IMG/VR virus record: IMGVR_UViG_3300032038_008756
Origin: an uncultured virus (IMG/VR IMGVR_UViG_3300032038_008756)
Lineage: Duplodnaviria > Heunggongvirae > Uroviricota > Caudoviricetes
DNA: 20,000 bases
Direction: 5' to 3' (one strand)
Both the position numbers and the translations under genes were made by a program. Positions 15,811 through 20,000 of this stretch are shown piece by piece (positions within the stretch are counted from its first letter, which is position 1; the number at the start of each line of letters is the position of its first letter). The notes below the pieces were generated by a model. The model saw only the letters and a list, made by a program, of their open reading frames with translations. It was not told where the DNA came from and did not search any database.

Positions 15811-16207
15811 GCTTTTAAAAGAAATGGTTCAAGACTCTAATCAGGCTGAATCATATGCTTGGTTAAAGAAAGACAGTAAAGGATATTTCCTAGAATGGGT
15901 GTTAAAGGATGGAGTTCCAAAAGGTAATAGAATAATTAATCTAAACCGATATAAAAAGTCCACTCTTGATGAATATATAGGGGATATCTTTAAAGTGGAT
16001 ATGATTAATTGTAGACGTAAGGATTGTTGGCCAGGTCATCCAAAATCAGGCTGTGAAGCACAAACTGATACGTGCTGTTGTTGGAGCTTAACAAAAAGGG
16101 TCGGACAAATCGACCAATTAGTCGAACAGCTTCAAGTTCCGCTTAAATTAAAAGATGTAAAGCATTTGTTATATAAATATGGGGTTGATTACCTAGAGGA
16201 AGAATAA
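15791..16207 (+). CDS. Cys-rich hypothetical protein
   Basis: Start reassigned to ATG 15791 (MNETDF); contains CRRKDCWPGHPKSGC...TCCCW. Confidence 0.8.
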   Translation: MNETDFKLLKEMVQDSNQAESYAWLKKDSKGYFLEWVLKDGVPKGNRIINLNRYKKSTLDEYIGDIFKVDMINCRRKDCWPGHPKSGCEAQTDTCCCWSLTKRVGQIDQLVEQLQVPLKLKDVKHLLYKYGVDYLEEE

Positions 16208-16209
16208 AT

Positions 16210-16249
16210 AAAGAAGGGATAAGATTTAATTCTTATCTCCTCTTTGTTT
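16210..16249. terminator. bidirectional terminator between convergent genes
   Basis: AAAGAAGGGATAAGA-TTTAAT-TCTTATCTCCTCTTT. Confidence 0.75.
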
Positions 16250-16285
16250 CGTTATTCTCTATTAAAGAAGTCAGTCATTCAAACA

Positions 16286-16813
16286 TCAACAATTACTCCC
16301 GATAATTGTTCTGTTAAAACTATTTTTTGTAGTGACAGGAACTTCAATGTATGTCCTCCTTTCAGTCTTTCTACGAACTGTTGTAGAAATTACCTCAATA
16401 TTAGGTATTTTTAACAGAATGTTTCGATAGTATTTGTCATAAAGGCCAAATCTATGGAGCATACCTTCTAACTCCTTATCAGTTTTTGGCGCAAGGGCTA
16501 ATAATGTCTTATTGACTGGAAGATATTTAAGAGCGGTTTCATAAATTCTCTTGATAAATTCTTTTGAATCAGCTGGTAAATTATCTTCGCCTTCTAGGAT
16601 TTCAGCGACAAGAATTTTCATCTTATCGTTGTTAGTTTCGTTCACGCTTACTGTTTTACTTGATCTTTTAAGTGTTCTGTCTTTTTCTCTTTTTACCTCC
16701 TTTTCATTCATATTCTTATCACCACCGAGCACTTCATAAAGACTCAAGATTCCAAGAGATATTACTGTTGTTCCTATAAATATCTCTGCAAGATTCAACT
16801 TACTATTTTCCAT
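16286..16813 (-). CDS. hypothetical protein with N-terminal membrane anchor
   Basis: ATG 16813 (MENSK) preferred over TTG 16867; IFIGTTVISLGILSLY hydrophobic segment. Confidence 0.75.
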   Translation of the reverse strand: MENSKLNLAEIFIGTTVISLGILSLYEVLGGDKNMNEKEVKREKDRTLKRSSKTVSVNETNNDKMKILVAEILEGEDNLPADSKEFIKRIYETALKYLPVNKTLLALAPKTDKELEGMLHRFGLYDKYYRNILLKIPNIEVISTTVRRKTERRTYIEVPVTTKNSFNRTIIGSNC

Positions 16814-16929
16814 AATTAATAGAGATTTTGGGTTCTTTGTTATTTTTATAACTTTAACTCTTCTCAATTTTGTTAAACCTCTTTATATATAACATCTTTA
16901 TCATAATACTATTTTGTTATTTTTGACCA

Positions 16930-17156
16930 TGTCTATTAAGATTATATAATCTCATAAGAGATTACTTTCTATAAGTACTCTAGTATAGACTCTATAGGAT
17001 AGAATTTATACCTTCGCGGAGTTTGGCTTCACAACTTTAGTGCTACCACTAGACCACTATGCCACGTTGAGGCACTCCGATATATAGTGGAAAAGAAGAA
17101 ACCAGTTGCAACATCTACCTTATATATGTATGTGTTGTACTTAATTTCTTCTTCAC
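16930..17156 (-). ncRNA. candidate structured RNA or long structured leader
   Basis: Starts at the motif 17154-17164; 70-nt hairpin (17087-17156), CGGAGT/ACTCCG-closed multibranch domain (17017-17079) and further small hairpins. The 3' end is uncertain. Confidence 0.5.
17118..17128 (+). promoter_or_regulatory. motif copy CCTTATATATG, antisense to flanking genes
   Basis: Perfect copy on plus, convergent with the copy at 17154. Confidence 0.4.
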
Positions 17157-17164
17157 ATATAAGG
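17154..17164 (-). promoter_or_regulatory. repeated promoter-like motif CCTTATATGTG
   Basis: Minus strand reads TGAAATCCTTATATGTGAAGAAG; the TGA is the stop of truncated grpE. Confidence 0.7.
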
Positions 17165-17167
17165 ATT

Positions 17168-17431
17168 TCAGGGTTTTCCCAGAATCCTTTTAAATTTTTC
17201 CAATATTAAACCAAGACCACTAGGATCTCCAGCTTTCATTGCTCTTTCAAGATCATCTAGAACTGGTAATACAGACTTAATAACATCCTCACCAGCATAT
17301 TTCTTTAGATCTGAAAGTTCTTTTGCACTGCGAATCTTATAATTTTCAAATTCACGTTTGGTCTGTGCTATCCTCTCCTTCAAGATTTTAATCTCTTCTT
17401 GATACTCTGCCAAGCTCTTATAATCATCCAT
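17168..17431 (-). CDS. grpE: GrpE nucleotide exchange factor, helical part only (truncated)
   Basis: EFENYKIRSAKE...KYAGEDVIKSVLPVLDDLERA...GLGLILEKFKRIL; the C-terminal beta domain is absent. Confidence 0.8.
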   Translation of the reverse strand: MDDYKSLAEYQEEIKILKERIAQTKREFENYKIRSAKELSDLKKYAGEDVIKSVLPVLDDLERAMKAGDPSGLGLILEKFKRILGKP

Positions 17432-18123
17432 GGTAAATTATTATAATCACTAAATCCGTATAACCCACAACTAAAGAATTCATGAACCTCTATAATAGTT
17501 GTTTCAAAAAATGATTCATGTGAATAAACTGCAAAGTCTATTGAGTAAGCTTCACAATTCATTATCCCATTTTTAACTTTTTCTCGTATTACTTCGGGAT
17601 TCGGAAATCTTAATGGATCTCCTGAATAATTTTGAACTCCTAGTATTTGCTTGTTTCTTATAAATACTCTCCATTCAGATTCAATAGTAAGAGGTCGTCG
17701 TACTTGATATATTATATTCGGATTTATTTTATCAGGATCCAAAATTCCATTTTCTGGAGCTTTAAATTCTACCGTTGACTTAATATAATATTTTCCTTTC
17801 CTACTAACTAAATCTTTTCCTAAAACTTCCTCTACACCAGCCCAACTTTTAAATGGAACTGGAACGTTTAATGGCTTTATTACTTTATGGTCTCCTAGAA
17901 AAATATCTATAAAAGTAAAAACATACTCTAATGTTCCTACTGGGATATAGTCCCTCCAATTTTCATCTTTTAAAGTTCTTAGTTCTTCAAGGCCTACAAA
18001 TTCAAAATCAAATTGAGATTGGCCATTATTCTTCCAAGTATGATATTCGAAAGACCTTAGAAGCTCAAAAACAAAATCTAATGTTACTTCACCGTTTATT
18101 GTTTGTAATAAAAATTTTATCAT
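17380..18123 (-). CDS. ATP-grasp domain protein, DUF4343/R2K-like
   Basis: IPVGTLEYV, YYIKS, SEWRVFI, AYSIDFAV, IIEVHEFFSCGLYG. Confidence 0.8.
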   Translation of the reverse strand: MIKFLLQTINGEVTLDFVFELLRSFEYHTWKNNGQSQFDFEFVGLEELRTLKDENWRDYIPVGTLEYVFTFIDIFLGDHKVIKPLNVPVPFKSWAGVEEVLGKDLVSRKGKYYIKSTVEFKAPENGILDPDKINPNIIYQVRRPLTIESEWRVFIRNKQILGVQNYSGDPLRFPNPEVIREKVKNGIMNCEAYSIDFAVYSHESFFETTIIEVHEFFSCGLYGFSDYNNLPWMIIRAWQSIKKRLKS

Positions 18124-18188
18124 AATCTATTTAGTTTTTACTAAGGTATCAGGAATATTCTCAATACCAACCTTCAAAATTGCTTTCT

Positions 18189-19601
18189 TTATAATACTCC
18201 AATTTCTCTTGCTTTTTGATATAATAATTCTTTAAGAGGTTCTGGTTCATTTGGAACAGTATTATCTAAGACAGCATCCTTTAAAGCCTGTTTTAAGATA
18301 CCAACTTCACGAGAAGGTCTTAGATTGAGAAGCTCCATAATCTGATTTCCATCAATACAAGGTTGAAAAAGTCGTTTAAAGTCTCGTTGTTTTAAATCTT
18401 CGATCATTTCTCTAACCTTTTTAAAGTTATTTAGGAAATGCTGTTTTTTCTCTAAGTTTCTGGTAGTAAGATCACATTCACATAGTGTCATAAGATCATC
18501 TATATAATCTCCTGCATCACTACATAATCTTCTTACAGCACTATCTGTAACCTGATCATTGGCAATAATTTGAGGTCTCATATGAAGTTCTACCAATGTT
18601 TGAACATATTTCATCTCTTCTCCTAAAGGTTGTTTCATTCTAGCGAAGAGTTTTGGTATCATCCTAGCACTCATATGTTCATGATCATAAAATGTCCAAC
18701 CCTTTACAGGATCATGCCTTTTTGTAGGTTCTTTGCCAATATCGTGAAGCAATGCCGCCCATCTTATCCACAACCCATCAGATCTTTTGGCCATATTATC
18801 TAAAACGTTAACACTATGCCAAAAATTATTTTTGTGGAAATCAACATAATCTTCACCAACCTTATCATTTGTATCCAGTACTGTCAGTTCAGGAATAATC
18901 TGCTGTAATAATCCAGCCTCTTTTAGAAGAACAAATCCTCTCTTAGGATCTGAACTAAGAATAATCTTATTAAGTTCATCCGTAATTCTTTCCTGCACGA
19001 TTATCTTTAAACGTTGTGAATTTTGACATACACCTTGCCAAGTAATCTGATCAATATCAAAACCAAACCTAGTTGCAAACCTAATACATCTAAGCATGCG
19101 AAGAGGATCATCTGAAAAAGTAATCGTGGGATCAGTTGGAGTTCTAATTATACCATTCTTTAGGTCTTCTATGCCATTAAAAGGATCAACTAATTCTCCA
19201 AATCTGCTCTTGTTTAAACAAATAGCCATAGCATTAATTGTAAAGTCTCTTCTAAGCTGATCATCTTCTAGAGTTCCATTTTCTACAATAGGATTTCTAG
19301 ACCCTCTTTCATATGATTCTTTCCTTGCTCCAACAAACTCTACCTCAATGCCATTATAATTAACCATTGCTGTTCCATAAGATTGATAAATACTAAGTTT
19401 ACCACCAACTCTTTTATGAAATGCTTTAGCCATCTGTATCCCAGATCCAACTACTACAATATCAATGTCATGACTAGGATAACCTAAGATTAAGTCTCTA
19501 ACGTATCCACCTATTACATAACATTCAATTCCAAGTTGATCCGCTATATCAGAAATATCTTTAAAGACTTTTTGTTTCTCTAATTCACTAAATATTTTCA
19601 T
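18189..19601 (-). CDS. cca: tRNA nucleotidyltransferase (CCA-adding/poly(A) polymerase family) with HD domain
   Basis: GGYVRD..DIDI, EFVGARKESY, RRDFTINAMA, DDPLRMLR, LLHDIGK; resembles the Bacteroidota-type enzyme. Confidence 0.92.
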   Translation of the reverse strand: MKIFSELEKQKVFKDISDIADQLGIECYVIGGYVRDLILGYPSHDIDIVVVGSGIQMAKAFHKRVGGKLSIYQSYGTAMVNYNGIEVEFVGARKESYERGSRNPIVENGTLEDDQLRRDFTINAMAICLNKSRFGELVDPFNGIEDLKNGIIRTPTDPTITFSDDPLRMLRCIRFATRFGFDIDQITWQGVCQNSQRLKIIVQERITDELNKIILSSDPKRGFVLLKEAGLLQQIIPELTVLDTNDKVGEDYVDFHKNNFWHSVNVLDNMAKRSDGLWIRWAALLHDIGKEPTKRHDPVKGWTFYDHEHMSARMIPKLFARMKQPLGEEMKYVQTLVELHMRPQIIANDQVTDSAVRRLCSDAGDYIDDLMTLCECDLTTRNLEKKQHFLNNFKKVREMIEDLKQRDFKRLFQPCIDGNQIMELLNLRPSREVGILKQALKDAVLDNTVPNEPEPLKELLYQKAREIGVL

Positions 19602-19999
19602 AAATCCTCCCCTAAGTGATTAATTAATGCATTAATAACAAGCTTACTCGTAGAATGAATCTTCTCATCAGCTTTCTCTGGATTCATAAATTCATTCCAT
19701 AAAGTTTCAAGTTTTCCATGATCTATCTCCAACTCTAGTTCCTCAATTTTAATTATAGGACCATCAACGAAATATGCCTGAAGATTTTCTAATGTTACCT
19801 TTTCTTCAGGATAAACTACTGGTTGAGTAAAATATACATTATTCTCTATATAATTTACTATAGAAGTTGGAGTGAGGCGCTTAATATTGAACGCTGGCCA
19901 TTGAATAGATGTAAAAATTCTCTTAGTGATTGATTTTCCACCGCCATCTAAGATATCTTCTCCCCAATATGCCATTTTCTCAGAATCATCTACTATAGA
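19598..19999 (-). CDS. hypothetical protein, probably 5'-partial
   Basis: The frame of track ORF 19598..19975 stays open to the window edge (SIVDDSEKMAYW...); ATGA overlap with cca. Confidence 0.75.
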   Translation of the reverse strand, partial: SIVDDSEKMAYWGEDILDGGGKSITKRIFTSIQWPAFNIKRLTPTSIVNYIENNVYFTQPVVYPEEKVTLENLQAYFVDGPIIKIEELELEIDHGKLETLWNEFMNPEKADEKIHSTSKLVINALINHLGEDL

Positions 20000-20000
20000 C

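Noticed and set aside
16990..17064. tRNA-His-like look on minus (TGGTCTAGTGGTA D-loop-like, TTGTGAA anticodon-like, GGTATAAATTC T-loop-like)
   Set aside because: Anticodon, T and acceptor stems do not pair and there is no TTC or CCA; at most a decayed pseudo-tRNA. tRNAscan-SE or ARAGORN would settle it.
17028..17177. ATG-less open frame of about 49 codons after grpE (ENPEILICEEEIKY...) as a frameshifted GrpE C-terminus
   Set aside because: It lacks GrpE beta-domain motifs (FDP..HEA, GY...R..R).
125..18125. Shadow ORFs in the track (125..361, 3336..3536, 4783..4998, 5456..5719, 5897..6142, 7512..7838, 7552..7746, 8264..8485, 11728..11919, 12359..12862, 12897..13091, 16551..16739, 17931..18125)
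   Set aside because: They lie antisense or out of frame within better-supported genes and have atypical composition.
1..20000. Genome-wide stop-codon reassignment (as in some Bacteroidota phages)
   Set aside because: The standard code gives dense intact genes including nadE and cca; TGA is used in many ATGA overlaps and TAG ends 391..822.

Overview
Strongly AT-rich, densely packed accessory region, most likely from a large (jumbo-type) phage of a Bacteroidota host. This is an inference from many short ORFans with ATGA-type overlaps, no obvious Shine-Dalgarno sites, and scattered host-like genes; no virion genes are present. Recognisable genes: glutamine-dependent NAD+ synthetase (nadE), HD-domain tRNA nucleotidyltransferase (CCA/poly(A) polymerase family), DUF4343/R2K-type ATP-grasp protein, C-terminally truncated GrpE, BRCT-domain protein, nucleoside 2-deoxyribosyltransferase-like protein, DUF559-like endonuclease and a SLOG-family protein. 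Main unexplained structure: (1) six adjacent divergent ORFs share a C-terminal (R/K/S)(F/Y)(I/V)E(Y/F)(D/E) tag whose DNA also supplies the next gene's ATG in three cases; (2) 12 intergenic copies of a promoter-like motif, CCTTATATATG and variants, often preceded by TGAAAT that doubles as a stop codon; (3) three copies of that motif face structured non-coding stretches (about 160, 110 and 230 nt) that look like unannotated phage RNAs; (4) a cluster of NAD/nucleotide and tRNA-maintenance genes that may be counter-defence. All folding and homology statements were made by eye and need computational confirmation.
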